IMG/VR virus record: IMGVR_UViG_3300023179_000144
Coordinates: 1 to 52,834 of that record
DNA from: a virus
Taxonomy: Duplodnaviria > Caudoviricetes
Reading direction: 5' to 3' (one strand)
Length of the DNA: 52,834 bases
Shown: piece by piece, positions 1-9,199 of the stretch
Position numbering within the stretch: the stretch's first letter is position 1
Layout of the letters: each line of letters begins with the position of its first letter
The notes under the pieces: generated by a model
What the model saw: only the letters and a program-made list of their open reading frames with translations
What the model was told of the DNA's origin: nothing
Databases searched by the model: none
Program-made: the position numbers and the translations under genes

Positions 1-1
1 A

Positions 2-160
2 GGGTTTTTGATCGCTGAGTTGGCTGAGGTTGCAGCGAAGTTGCCAAAGCGCGACAACATTTTTGCAGGGCAAATGATCAAGGCGTATGATTGCTTTGGT
101 AAGTTGAGCGCGAGGCAGGAAGCAGTGGTTCGTGAAATCCTTTTGAGAGCGGGAGTTTGA
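2..160 (+). CDS. Partial hypothetical protein (5' end outside window)
   Basis: Frame 2 is open from the edge (GFLIAELAEVAAKLPKRDN...RAGV) to TGA at 158-160, abutting the next ATG at 162. Confidence 0.7.
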   Translation, partial: GFLIAELAEVAAKLPKRDNIFAGQMIKAYDCFGKLSARQEAVVREILLRAGV

Positions 161-161
161 G

Positions 162-446
162 ATGAACGTAGCGCAAACGATTTTAGCGCAGATCAAGGCG
201 ATTGATTTTTTTGCGATGGGTGCGTGGGGTGCCAAGGATCTTGTCAGGATGGACGATGGTCTTAAGTTCAAGACATCAGGGATGACGCCGTTCAAGGGTT
301 ATGTGTATGTCAAGTATGATTGTGGAAGGGATCTGTATGAGGTGCACTTTTACAAGTTGAGGAAGTGTGAAATCAAAGTCTACAAAATTGTAAATCATGT
401 CTACGCCGAAAATCTCGTTGATGTGATTGATCGATTTGTCGGTTGA
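162..446 (+). CDS. Hypothetical early phage protein, 94 aa
   Basis: ATG preceded by GGGAG; tightly packed with neighbours. Confidence 0.8.
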   Translation: MNVAQTILAQIKAIDFFAMGAWGAKDLVRMDDGLKFKTSGMTPFKGYVYVKYDCGRDLYEVHFYKLRKCEIKVYKIVNHVYAENLVDVIDRFVG

Positions 447-471
447 CCTAATTACTTGTTTTTGTGGTAAT
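443..471 (+). promoter_or_regulatory. Putative sigma70-type early promoter
   Basis: TTGACC (443-448), 17-nt spacer, GGTAAT (466-471) with upstream TG; followed by AAGGA RBS and ATG at 502. Confidence 0.5.
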
Positions 472-501
472 GGCGTTACAGAAAACAAAAAAGGAATTAA
501 G

Positions 502-654
502 ATGGACAAGGCTGCAAAGTTAGCAATGTTGATGGAACAGTTAGAGCGTGTTGCGGATCAGCTGGATGATATGGGATATTTGGAAGTTGGCAGGAAGATA
601 GATGATCTGATATGCGAGCTCGATTTTGAGCTTTGTGCATGTAACGTTGAGTGA
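502..654 (+). CDS. Small hypothetical protein (MDKAAKLAML...)
   Basis: ATG 502 has an AAGGA RBS, a better start than the track's 427. Confidence 0.7.
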   Translation: MDKAAKLAMLMEQLERVADQLDDMGYLEVGRKIDDLICELDFELCACNVE

Positions 655-664
655 GGAGATAGAG

Positions 665-877
665 ATGCCTAGTATGTCTTATTGTATGTTCGAGAATACC
701 GCCATTGAAATGGCTCAGTGTTTAGACAATGTTGAGAATAATCTGGATAATCCAGAGTTTCTGCAGGACATGTCAGATTACGAACGTGACGGTATCATGC
801 AATTAGTGCAACTGGCAAGGCGTTTTGCCCGTTACGAGGGCTTCTTGCAAGCACAAAAGAACAGATTGTCATATTAG
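665..877 (+). CDS. Hypothetical protein (MPSMSYCMFENT...)
   Basis: GAGGAG RBS before ATG 665. Confidence 0.75.
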   Translation: MPSMSYCMFENTAIEMAQCLDNVENNLDNPEFLQDMSDYERDGIMQLVQLARRFARYEGFLQAQKNRLSY

Positions 878-884
878 GATAAAG

Positions 885-1040
885 ATGAAAGATCAAGTTA
901 AAGAAAAGTTGGAAGAAGTTCGTAGGTTGTTGCATCAAGCTACGATGAATGGTAACAGTTTAGAGGGTACTGCGCTTCTTACTGTGATGGAGCGAAATCT
1001 AGATAAATTGCTAGAGTATACTGACACTTATTTGGATTAA
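885..1040 (+). CDS. Small hypothetical protein (MKDQVKEK...)
   Basis: AGGA RBS before ATG 885; fills the gap between neighbours. Confidence 0.65.
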   Translation: MKDQVKEKLEEVRRLLHQATMNGNSLEGTALLTVMERNLDKLLEYTDTYLD

Positions 1041-1051
1041 TAGGAGTTAAC

Positions 1052-1252
1052 ATGAGTTATAATCAAAGACATGGTGGACCTTACGATCGTGGTAGTGCCG
1101 ATAGTTACTACAACCGCCCTTTCAATCCACATTTCTTTGTAGGGGGCACCTACAATTCTAGGCGTATAGGTATGGCAGATATGGCTGCTGAAGAAATAGT
1201 TGCCTATACTAAAGGATACAATGATAACGAAAAGTCTGGATGCAAGAAATAA
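1052..1252 (+). CDS. Hypothetical protein (HGGPYDRGSADSYY motif)
   Basis: TAGGAG RBS; motif recalled from small phage proteins. Confidence 0.75.
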   Translation: MSYNQRHGGPYDRGSADSYYNRPFNPHFFVGGTYNSRRIGMADMAAEEIVAYTKGYNDNEKSGCKK

Positions 1253-1261
1253 GGGGAAAAA

Positions 1262-1441
1262 ATGTATTTTGTTTACGATGTTTATAAGAACTCCATTCAT
1301 AAAAATACTATTGTCGTAAATGCTTTAGACGAAAAACATGCAGAGAATTTTTTACACAAAACCTTGACAGGATTTAGTTTTAAGCTGATTAGAACATCAG
1401 TATCAATTGTAAATGCGGATGGAAAAAATGATCCAAGCTAA
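1262..1441 (+). CDS. Small hypothetical protein, 59 aa, absent from the ORF track
   Basis: AAGGGG RBS, ATG 1262, MYFVYDVYKN...NDPS then TAA 1439-1441; fills an otherwise empty gap. Confidence 0.6.
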   Translation: MYFVYDVYKNSIHKNTIVVNALDEKHAENFLHKTLTGFSFKLIRTSVSIVNADGKNDPS

Positions 1442-1745
1442 AGAAATTGTTCCTACATATTATAGCACGACAGACGATAAAGAACGTGCAATTTTTCGTG
1501 AATGGTTATCAGGTCTACTTAGGACTGAGCATGTTAAAATTACATTCACTAAGAAAGATGGTTCTGTTAGAGAACTACTTGCTACTCTTAAAGAAGAAGC
1601 AATCGTTCCATATGAGAAGAAAACTGAAAGGACTAAAGCTCCAAATAAGGATTCTATCTCAGTATGGGATATTGAGAAAAATGCATGGAGGTCATTCCGC
1701 TTTGATTCTGTCTCCAAAATTTCTTTTACAATTGGCAAACAATGA
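1428..1745 (+). CDS. WYL_2/DUF2693-like SH3/Sm-fold protein
   Basis: VKITFTKKDGSVRELLATL and VWDIEKNAWRSFRFDSV signatures; start at 1413 or 1428. Confidence 0.75.
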   Translation: MIQAKEIVPTYYSTTDDKERAIFREWLSGLLRTEHVKITFTKKDGSVRELLATLKEEAIVPYEKKTERTKAPNKDSISVWDIEKNAWRSFRFDSVSKISFTIGKQ

Positions 1746-2788
1746 GCCCAACAGTGAACTCAACGGAACCAGTTGCTACAATCATTGTAGCTGGAAGTCC
1801 TGATTATCATAGTAAACTTATCAGAGCAATGAATTGGTATTCCTTGGAGAAAGATAAGAAAGAAGCTCGCATGTATCTCAAGCAGCAGGTAAAAACACTT
1901 AAGCCTGATCTGTTTAAGACGTTTGACCAGGTTCCTGATGATCAAATCAATTGTTCCTATGCTTGGATCTCGAGGATCCTTCAGCGTGGCTCTGTCCTTG
2001 ATCCTAGCCATGTCAACCAACTTAAATCATACTTAGAAACACTTAATCCAAAGAAAATAGTAAGGACTGATAGTGCTCCTAGAAAGTCAGTTGTTGACTA
2101 TACACAAGAACGTTCTAGTGAATATATCGGTGAGCTTGAAGGGATTCTTGATCAAGATGTACTTACTTTCTCATTGTTAGATGATCTTAAAGCAAAATCG
2201 ATTCCACAACCCTATGTTCCTCATATCACAAAATGGGTAAAGGTTAGGATGAAGGAATTCTTGGCTGTTTACGATAGCAAAGAATTGCAAGATGCCTATC
2301 GGTGGTCAAAAACAAAGGCTAAAGTTAAGTTAAAGTTGATGTCCTCGTTTCTCGAGGATCTCGAAAAGTACTCGTCTTTCAGAAAAGCTAACCGTAAACC
2401 TAAAGCGAAGAAAGCAAGGCCACCTGCAGCTCAGGTGAAAGCACTAAAGTATAAGACAAAGGATGAAGAGATAAATATTCAATCGATTAGTCCACTGGAA
2501 ATTGTCGGTGCTTCTCAAGTCTGGTTCTATAATACCAAGACAAAAAAGCTAGCCCTATATAAGACAGAATCATTAACCGGAATTCAAGTCAAAGGGACTA
2601 CGTTGCAAAACTATCAGCCCGAACTATCTTCAATGAAGACATTACGTAAACCTGAACAAAGTATTCAAGCTCTGTTGAAGGCAGGCAAAGTACAACTACG
2701 CAAGTTCATGGATGAGCTTTCAACAAAGCCATCACAAGTAAATGGAAGAATCAATACAGATATGTTAATACTAAGGGCAATAAAGTAA
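1742..2788 (+). CDS. Conserved T4-like hypothetical protein, basic C-terminus
   Basis: 348-aa ORF; C-terminal KTLRKPE...NGRINxDMLIL resembles an ORF often found upstream of rnh in environmental T4-like phages. Confidence 0.75.
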   Translation: MSPTVNSTEPVATIIVAGSPDYHSKLIRAMNWYSLEKDKKEARMYLKQQVKTLKPDLFKTFDQVPDDQINCSYAWISRILQRGSVLDPSHVNQLKSYLETLNPKKIVRTDSAPRKSVVDYTQERSSEYIGELEGILDQDVLTFSLLDDLKAKSIPQPYVPHITKWVKVRMKEFLAVYDSKELQDAYRWSKTKAKVKLKLMSSFLEDLEKYSSFRKANRKPKAKKARPPAAQVKALKYKTKDEEINIQSISPLEIVGASQVWFYNTKTKKLALYKTESLTGIQVKGTTLQNYQPELSSMKTLRKPEQSIQALLKAGKVQLRKFMDELSTKPSQVNGRINTDMLILRAIK

Positions 2789-2789
2789 A

Positions 2790-3728
2790 ATGGGGATAGG
2801 AGTTGGTACAGTTGTAAGAATTGTTTTATCTAAAATTGGGGGAATTCCTTTGATGGGGATTCCATCTGGTCTTACTATTAACGGCATGCCCGCAACAGTC
2901 CAACTGACCATATCACCAACAACTTTAATAGGATTAGCCACCGGGCAGGCTGGTGGTCTAGGCGGTTTATTAAATAGTGTTGCCTCTGGCGTAACAAACA
3001 ATCTTACAACTTCATTTGATGGATCATTAAGTCAACTTTTTCAAAATCCAGCAAGTACATACATCACCGATGCATCTACCAATTTTACTTCTGCTTTTTC
3101 AGAAGTAACATCCTATGCTGGCGTTTTAGATATTGCTGGGTTATCTGGTGTAATAGAGACTGTAGGGGATAACGTCTATCATACTCTTAAGACATTCGAA
3201 GCACATACAAACAGAATTTCAGGTGTTTCGATTGCAGACGACGAATCGCAATATGGCCTTACTGATGTTTTAAATATTACTTCCGGCATAGATGCTAACA
3301 TTGCCTCAAATCTTAATATTAGTGTTAATAATTATACCAATTCATTAAATAGAAATAGTGTTGTGCAGCAATTGCAAGCAAATCTTGCCTTAGTGAGCAC
3401 TGCAATTAATTCTAATGACCAGTCACAGGTGGATAGCCTTGTAGCTAACATTACAGCTCTTAAAGCTAACCTGGATACCACCGTTAACACGGATGTCACT
3501 AACTTTAATAAAACGTTAATCAAGGCTGATGTAATAGGAAGTGTGCAAAATCTTGCCATGGCGTATAATGGATCTTCTGCTGCTCAAAACTTGATTGGTT
3601 CAGTAACAAATGCAGCAATGAACACAGCAATCAAAGCTGCAGCTAGCCAGTTAGGAGGTATTACTGGTGGTGGTGTGCAGATTAATGCAGGAAGTGTTAA
3701 CGCACCTAACGGATTATATTCACCTTAA
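2790..3728 (+). CDS. Hypothetical low-charge protein, possibly structural
   Basis: 312-aa ORF rich in N/S/T/A/G, with a helical C-terminal half. Confidence 0.7.
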   Translation: MGIGVGTVVRIVLSKIGGIPLMGIPSGLTINGMPATVQLTISPTTLIGLATGQAGGLGGLLNSVASGVTNNLTTSFDGSLSQLFQNPASTYITDASTNFTSAFSEVTSYAGVLDIAGLSGVIETVGDNVYHTLKTFEAHTNRISGVSIADDESQYGLTDVLNITSGIDANIASNLNISVNNYTNSLNRNSVVQQLQANLALVSTAINSNDQSQVDSLVANITALKANLDTTVNTDVTNFNKTLIKADVIGSVQNLAMAYNGSSAAQNLIGSVTNAAMNTAIKAAASQLGGITGGGVQINAGSVNAPNGLYSP

Positions 3729-3739
3729 AAGAGATTAAA

Positions 3740-4615
3740 TTGATAGTTATAGATTATTCGCAGACTGTGATTGCAAACTTTATGAACGATGTAGGGGGAA
3801 GGAAAGATGTAGAGATTTCAGTTCCGTTACTTCGCCACATGATCTTAAATACAATCAGAAGTTTTAAACAGCGCTTTGGTAGAGAATACGGCGAAATTGT
3901 TATTGCTTGCGATAACAAAAAGTATTGGCGTAAAGAATTCTTTCCTTACTACAAAGCTAATCGTAAAAAAGCAAGGGATCAATCTGGCTATGATTGGTCA
4001 TTAATTTTTGATACAATGAATACGATCAAGGCAGAAATTGATTTGATTTTTCCCTACAAGGTCATCGATGTTGATGGGGCAGAAGCAGATGATGTCATAG
4101 CAGCACTTGTAGAATACTCTCAAACATTATCGGTCGGCAATGTTTTGTTTGAAGACGACCCCCAACCTTTTTTAATTATTTCGGGAGATCATGATTTTGT
4201 TCAACTTCAGAGATTCAACAATGTCAAACAATTCTCGCCAATTCAAAAAAAATTCATTAAGACAGACACAACGCCGGAGAGAATTGTTTTGGAACATACT
4301 TTCAAGGGAGATAAAGGGGATGGAATCCCAAATGTTTTATCAGCAGACAATTGCTTCATTACTGGAGAAAGACAAAAATCTGTTACCTCCAAAAAAATAG
4401 AAGAATGGATAAACAAGTTGCCTGAAGATTATGAATTTCAAACAAGATTTAAACGTAACCAGATATTAGTAGACTTTAATTTTATTCCACTACATATTAA
4501 GAATGCTGTTATTGATAAGTATAAGTCTCAGCCTCGTAAAGATAAGAGTCAGCTTCTAAATTATTTTATGAAGCATAAGATGAAACAAATGATTGAACTG
4601 ATTGAGGAATTTTAA
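3740..4615 (+). CDS. rnh: T4-type RNase H (5'-3' exonuclease, FEN family)
   Basis: IVIDYSQ, YWRKEFFPYYKANRKK, GAEADDVIA, ISGDHDFVQLQ, GDKGDGIPN motifs; TTG start. Confidence 0.95.
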   Translation: MIVIDYSQTVIANFMNDVGGRKDVEISVPLLRHMILNTIRSFKQRFGREYGEIVIACDNKKYWRKEFFPYYKANRKKARDQSGYDWSLIFDTMNTIKAEIDLIFPYKVIDVDGAEADDVIAALVEYSQTLSVGNVLFEDDPQPFLIISGDHDFVQLQRFNNVKQFSPIQKKFIKTDTTPERIVLEHTFKGDKGDGIPNVLSADNCFITGERQKSVTSKKIEEWINKLPEDYEFQTRFKRNQILVDFNFIPLHIKNAVIDKYKSQPRKDKSQLLNYFMKHKMKQMIELIEEF

Positions 4616-5118
4616 TGAAGACAACCGTTCCACAAGCACTAGAAGAAATGGAGAAGGCAAGAACTTTTGATGAGAAAGTTAGAGTCCTACAACAATATTC
4701 AAGTGATCCACTCAGAGCCTTAATTAGGTTAAATTTTGATTACAATGTAAAATTTAATTTACCTGAAGGCGCACCTCCTTATAAAACAGATAAGAACGTC
4801 CAGGACGGTCAAGCGCAGTCTAACCTGTATCTTGAATACAGAAGATTTTATATCTGGCTTGATTCTAACATTAATTTAACCCGGATTAAGAAAGAACAAC
4901 TATTTATCCAAATGCTAGAGGGCATTCACTGGAAAGAAGCAGAAGACCTTGTACTTGCTAAAGATAAAAAGTTACATTCCAAATACAAATCATTACACCC
5001 TAAAATTGTTCAGGAAGCTTTTCCTGGCTTAATTCCTCCTGATGTTGTTGATCTTCCAAAGGAGAAGAAAACAACAAAAAAAGCCAAGGACCCTTTGGAG
5101 GAATCCTTACCAGAATGA
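4615..5118 (+). CDS. Conserved hypothetical protein that follows rnh in T4-like phages
   Basis: LPEGAPPYK and KEQLFIQMLEGIHWKEAEDLVLAKDK; TAATG coupling to rnh. Confidence 0.8.
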   Translation: MKTTVPQALEEMEKARTFDEKVRVLQQYSSDPLRALIRLNFDYNVKFNLPEGAPPYKTDKNVQDGQAQSNLYLEYRRFYIWLDSNINLTRIKKEQLFIQMLEGIHWKEAEDLVLAKDKKLHSKYKSLHPKIVQEAFPGLIPPDVVDLPKEKKTTKKAKDPLEESLPE

Positions 5119-5228
5119 CATTCTGGAAAAAAAAGGAAATTCCAGAGGTGAAAGAAGATCCTTGGTTGCCATATTACGATATTCCAAAATACGATGACTA
5201 TTACACATTCAAAGTCAATAAAGAGTAA
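5115..5228 (+). CDS. Small hypothetical protein, 37 aa
   Basis: ATGA overlap with the upstream stop; MTFWKKKEIPEV...VNKE*. Confidence 0.5.
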   Translation: MTFWKKKEIPEVKEDPWLPYYDIPKYDDYYTFKVNKE

Positions 5229-5232
5229 CTGC

Positions 5233-5261
5233 TTGACATTGGCTGTATAATCAGATAAAAT
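5233..5261 (+). promoter_or_regulatory. Sigma70-type promoter
   Basis: TTGACA (5233-5238), 17 nt, TAAAAT (5256-5261); GGAG RBS and ATG 5281 downstream. Confidence 0.7.
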
Positions 5262-5280
5262 ATTATTTTTGGAGATCATA

Positions 5281-5617
5281 ATGCTTATTTACTTATCTAC
5301 TAAATCTCGTGTTAAAGCTAAGTCGATGACAAAAGGAAAAGGTAGAATATGATAATTGGTGTAAAAGTGTTGGTATAACAGGGAGTAAAAAAATGACTAA
5401 AGTATTAAAGACTGGTCAGTATATTCCGCCTAAGATATATCGGCGTGAAACCGCTAACATTCCATCACGCGATTCAGGAATCGGTTTTGCTTCTAAAAAA
5501 GAAGTTAATGTCTATACGGGTGATAAAGTAATGGGGATTTCTATTGTACACAAGTCCTGCTTACAACCCGTATTTACAAATGACCAGGCTAAAGACTTTG
5601 CCAATATGAGGCGATAA
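5281..5617 (+). pseudogene. Hypothetical gene apparently frameshifted near 5330-5340 (or an assembly indel)
   Basis: The RBS-led frame from ATG 5281 stops at 5352; the +1 frame is open from 5330 into the track ORF 5393-5617. Confidence 0.55.
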
Positions 5618-5648
5618 GATTTGGCTAATTTATGTGAGGTAAATTTTA

Positions 5649-5945
5649 ATGAATAACATTCCATCATCTCCAGCAGATCGTAAGCGTATCCAAGACGCAC
5701 TGAAAGAGATGTCTGATAGCATGACGCGGATTGAAGCAGAACGTGACTTGATCAAAGAAATCATCAACAATGTCCACGAAGAGTTTGAGCTTAATAAAAA
5801 GACATTTCGTAAGATGGCCAAGGTATATCATAAGCAAAACTTCAGTAAAGAGGTGGCTGAGCATGAAGAATTCGAAGTCCTTTATGAGAATATAACTCAA
5901 ACTATGTATATAACTCAAACAACAACAATGTCTACTGCATCATGA
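5649..5945 (+). CDS. dsbA: T4 DsbA-like double-stranded DNA-binding protein
   Basis: KEMSDSMTRIEAERDLIKEI...FRKMAKVYHKQNF...EEFEVLYE; GAGG RBS; near rnh as in T4. Confidence 0.75.
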   Translation: MNNIPSSPADRKRIQDALKEMSDSMTRIEAERDLIKEIINNVHEEFELNKKTFRKMAKVYHKQNFSKEVAEHEEFEVLYENITQTMYITQTTTMSTAS

Positions 5946-6151
5946 GTTTGCGATATATCCTCGAGGCAATTAAGGTTGACAGCAAGGGGCGAGCAAAGTC
6001 TTCTGCTATACACGGTGTCTATATGACACTCGAGGAAGTGGAAAACGTAATAAGTTGCCTTGAATCGAATTCTAAGTTAAAATTCAATATTAACACTGAC
6101 TACACACTATTTGATCATGTCAATTTACCAAATCATACAATTATTAGATAA
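5942..6151 (+). CDS. Hypothetical protein
   Basis: ATGA-coupled 69-aa ORF. Confidence 0.6.
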   Translation: MSLRYILEAIKVDSKGRAKSSAIHGVYMTLEEVENVISCLESNSKLKFNINTDYTLFDHVNLPNHTIIR

Positions 6152-7439
6152 CACATCTTCTCGATTGGCAAAAGAGCAGATCCTAAGAGAGCATTCTGAT
6201 AATGATCTTCTGAAGCGAGTAATCAAGCTCGCTTTAGATCCATTCACTCAATTTTACATTCGCAAAATCCCAAGTTACCAGGACAAGCCAGTCGCTAAGA
6301 TTTCGCTTGGGTTTGCTCTTGGTGAATTGAGAGCGCTTTCTTCGAGGGAAGTAACAGGTAAAGCAGCAATTGAACATTTGAGAAGTTTACTGGAGAATAT
6401 GGATGCAGAAGACGCAATGGTTATCGAACGAGTTATCGAAAAAGACCTTAAGTGTGGAGTCAGCGACGCAACCGTCAACAAAATCTGGCCTGAGTTCATT
6501 GCAACGTACCCCGTCATGCTGGCTTCTGGGTATGAGGACAAACTCATTTCCAAGTTCAACTGGCCAGGCTATGTCCAACTCAAATTGGACGGCATGCGCT
6601 TTAACGCGATCGTCCGTGACGGAAAAGTAGAATTTAGAAGCCGTAACGGTAAGCAGCTTGAGATTGCATCAGATTTACTAGGCAAAGCATTTGTAGAACT
6701 TGCAAAGCAATATGGATATGATTATGTGTTTGATGGTGAGTTGCTTGTTGTTGATGAATTTAGTCATCCTCTAGACCGCAAGACTGGAAACGGTATACTA
6801 ACTAAATCAATCAAAGGAACACAATCTCAAGCAGAGGGATCATTAGTAAGAGCTACGTTGTGGGATGCCATTCCTGTCAATGCATTTCTACTAGGTAAAT
6901 ACGAAGTACCATATCAGACTCGTTTTAGTGAGTTGGTAAAAAATTATGATAAGTTTGGTAATAAATCTGCTCTTAAACATTTGATTAATATGGTAGATAC
7001 TGTCACAGTTGATAACCTCTACGAGGCACAGAAAGTTTTTGCAGATTACTTTAAAAGAGGCTTTGAAGGATCGATTCTCAAGGATAAAAATGGAATTTGG
7101 GAAGACAAGCGATCGAAAGGTCAAATCAAATTTAAAGGCGAACTTGAATGCGATCTTAAGATCGTAGGATGGGAAGAGGGTACGGGTAAGAATAGGGGGC
7201 GCCTTGGTAATTTAATTCTTGAATCAGAAGACGGCAAAATTCGAGCGGGGGTGGGTACTGGATTTACTGATGCTGACCGGGATTCGATTAAACCAGATGT
7301 CGTTGGTAAGATTGTCGCCATCAAATATAATGCAAGAATTCAAGATAAGCGAGGTAACGTAGAAAGTTTATTCTTGCCAGTGTTCGTAGAAATTAGAGAT
7401 GATAAGACTATTGCAGACTCTAGTATTGATATAAAATGA
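6117..7439 (+). CDS. 30: ATP-dependent DNA ligase (gp30-like)
   Basis: Motif I QLKLDGMR, VFDGELL, FEGSILK, and C-terminal OB fold with SLFLPVFVEIRDDK. Confidence 0.95.
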   Translation: MSIYQIIQLLDNTSSRLAKEQILREHSDNDLLKRVIKLALDPFTQFYIRKIPSYQDKPVAKISLGFALGELRALSSREVTGKAAIEHLRSLLENMDAEDAMVIERVIEKDLKCGVSDATVNKIWPEFIATYPVMLASGYEDKLISKFNWPGYVQLKLDGMRFNAIVRDGKVEFRSRNGKQLEIASDLLGKAFVELAKQYGYDYVFDGELLVVDEFSHPLDRKTGNGILTKSIKGTQSQAEGSLVRATLWDAIPVNAFLLGKYEVPYQTRFSELVKNYDKFGNKSALKHLINMVDTVTVDNLYEAQKVFADYFKRGFEGSILKDKNGIWEDKRSKGQIKFKGELECDLKIVGWEEGTGKNRGRLGNLILESEDGKIRAGVGTGFTDADRDSIKPDVVGKIVAIKYNARIQDKRGNVESLFLPVFVEIRDDKTIADSSIDIK

Positions 7440-8215
7440 AACATAAATTTTTTGGTATAGCGGGTCTTCCAAGAACAGGATCTACTCTTCTTTCATGTAT
7501 ATTAAATCAAAATCCAACTGTTCATTGTGAGGGTAGTTCTTCACTTGGTACGATCATGTTTCATAATTATGGTCTACTTCAAGATTCGATGGTCAATTTA
7601 TCAAGAAAAAGAGATCTAATTGAAAGCCTGTTAGCTCAGCTTCCAGAAGTATATTACTCAGGAATTAAAAAGCCCATCATATTCGATAAAAATAGATCAT
7701 GGTCTATGGGAATCAATTATAGTATGTTTAAGAGTTATCTTAATCCTGAAGGTAAGATCATTGTTCTTTATAGAGATGTTGTTGAGATTTTAAAGTCATT
7801 TACGTTTATTGCAAAGGAAGCAGGATGGGAAGACAAAAGAATTTGGGCTTTATTGGAATCAATGGTAGACATCACTAATGGGCACATATTTTTAGACTTA
7901 AGTGGAATTGTCTATAATAAAACTAATAATATATCTAATACACTATACATAAGTTATAATGATATGGTGCATAATATGAGGGATACTATTAAGGAAATAT
8001 ACAATTTTTGTGATTTACCTTATTTCGATCATGATTTTGAAAATATTGTTAATGAATTTCCTGAGGACGATGAAAACTTTGGAATTGTGGGTCAACATGA
8101 TGTTAGGCGTAACATTTCTCAAAGAATCACAAATAATGTAATATTACCTGGCAGATTACATGAAATTGCTCTTATGTTTAATCAACAACTAAACTCATTA
8201 GGATTGTTAGTATGA
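7436..8215 (+). CDS. Sulfotransferase-family protein
   Basis: 5'-PSB loop GLPRTGSTLL, IIFDKNRSW, IIVLYRDVVEILKS. Confidence 0.85.
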   Translation: MKHKFFGIAGLPRTGSTLLSCILNQNPTVHCEGSSSLGTIMFHNYGLLQDSMVNLSRKRDLIESLLAQLPEVYYSGIKKPIIFDKNRSWSMGINYSMFKSYLNPEGKIIVLYRDVVEILKSFTFIAKEAGWEDKRIWALLESMVDITNGHIFLDLSGIVYNKTNNISNTLYISYNDMVHNMRDTIKEIYNFCDLPYFDHDFENIVNEFPEDDENFGIVGQHDVRRNISQRITNNVILPGRLHEIALMFNQQLNSLGLLV

Positions 8216-8592
8216 TGAAATTGACCAAAGCTCAAATTGAAAACACAATATTAAGTTTAAAACAGGGATCTAGTTTACTTGTATCTGCTGCTGTGGTTTC
8301 TACCTTGTTAAGCGATAAGCTAAAAAACAAATTGTTAAAAATCCTTGATGAACTTGAGGAGGTCGAGAATGAGTTTAAAGATATCCTTTTATATTATGAT
8401 AAAAAAGTAAATGATGCTGAGATGAACCCACCTGTTGTTTCTTTTACAGTTGGGGATGTTGAAGATCCTCATCTTGTCGCGCAGATGAAAATATTAGAGA
8501 TGTATCCAACGGATTCACATAAGTATAATTACACTTTACTTGTGTCTGATTTTGGTTATCAAGTAAGGGTCTTTGAAAAACAAAGATTGTAG
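8212..8592 (+). CDS. Hypothetical protein
   Basis: Coupled 126-aa ORF. Confidence 0.65.
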   Translation: MMKLTKAQIENTILSLKQGSSLLVSAAVVSTLLSDKLKNKLLKILDELEEVENEFKDILLYYDKKVNDAEMNPPVVSFTVGDVEDPHLVAQMKILEMYPTDSHKYNYTLLVSDFGYQVRVFEKQRL

Positions 8593-8601
8593 GAGATTTT
8601 T

Positions 8602-8841
8602 ATGGATGAAGAAGCAAAACTTAAACACAGCAAGAGAATCCAACAGAAAGAAAATCACATTAAAAAGCAAGTTGATATTGCAAAACAACATGGCTTAGGT
8701 TTTGTTGATGAAGTGATCCAACAACCTCATCGATTAGCAAAACACAATGTACTGGATTGTGTGAATCCTCGAAAAGTACTGAAAGAACGAACAAAGCAGG
8801 AAAAAAGTTTCGATCAGACGCGTGTGTGGGAGACAGAATAA
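8602..8841 (+). CDS. Hypothetical protein
   Basis: AGGAG RBS; PHRLAKHN...NPRK...TKQE motif. Confidence 0.75.
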   Translation: MDEEAKLKHSKRIQQKENHIKKQVDIAKQHGLGFVDEVIQQPHRLAKHNVLDCVNPRKVLKERTKQEKSFDQTRVWETE

Positions 8842-8860
8842 CCCTACAACTTAGTAGGGT
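8841..8860. repeat. Inverted repeat ACCCTAC-6nt-GTAGGGT
   Basis: Perfect 7-bp stem directly after a stop codon and upstream of a promoter. Confidence 0.6.
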
Positions 8861-8874
8861 ATTAATCTCTTTGA

Positions 8875-8887
8875 AATCAAGAAGTTA
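8875..8887 (+). promoter_or_regulatory. IHF-consensus site
   Basis: AATCAAgaagTTA matches WATCARNNNNTTR, 8 nt upstream of a -35 box. Confidence 0.5.
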
Positions 8888-8895
8888 CGACCTCG

Positions 8896-8923
8896 TTGAC
8901 TTAAATCCTGATTCCTCTATAAT
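8896..8923 (+). promoter_or_regulatory. Sigma70-type early promoter
   Basis: TTGACT (8896-8901), 16 nt, TATAAT (8918-8923). Confidence 0.75.
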
Positions 8924-8953
8924 GGGCATATGTCAAACAAAACGAGGTCAACC

Positions 8954-9193
8954 ATGATTCGAGATACAGAAATCACCATTTCAGGCCGCAGGGCTCTTGT
9001 TGCAGCAGAACACGCTGCTACGTTTATCAAGAAAAACGAGCTCGTGACGGAAGCAAGTCGCCTGCAAGCACTCGCTGCTGTAGGATTTTCGAGAGAAGTT
9101 GATGCTAAGTTAGTTCAAACGATGGTTAAAATTCAGCGAATCAATCGTAAGATCAAACGCGAAAACATGTTTGTCGTTTTCCCGCAGCAGTAA
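8954..9193 (+). CDS. Hypothetical early protein
   Basis: GAGG RBS before ATG 8954. Confidence 0.7.
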   Translation: MIRDTEITISGRRALVAAEHAATFIKKNELVTEASRLQALAAVGFSREVDAKLVQTMVKIQRINRKIKRENMFVVFPQQ

Positions 9194-9199
9194 CACCTG

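Noticed and set aside
1364-1395. TTGACA as a promoter -35 box
   Set aside because: No acceptable -10 box at 16-18 nt, and it lies within the small ORF 1262-1441.
5890-5920. 13-bp direct repeat ATATAACTCAAAC at the dsbA 3' end
   Set aside because: A small in-frame duplication in a variable tail; no mobile element lies between the copies.
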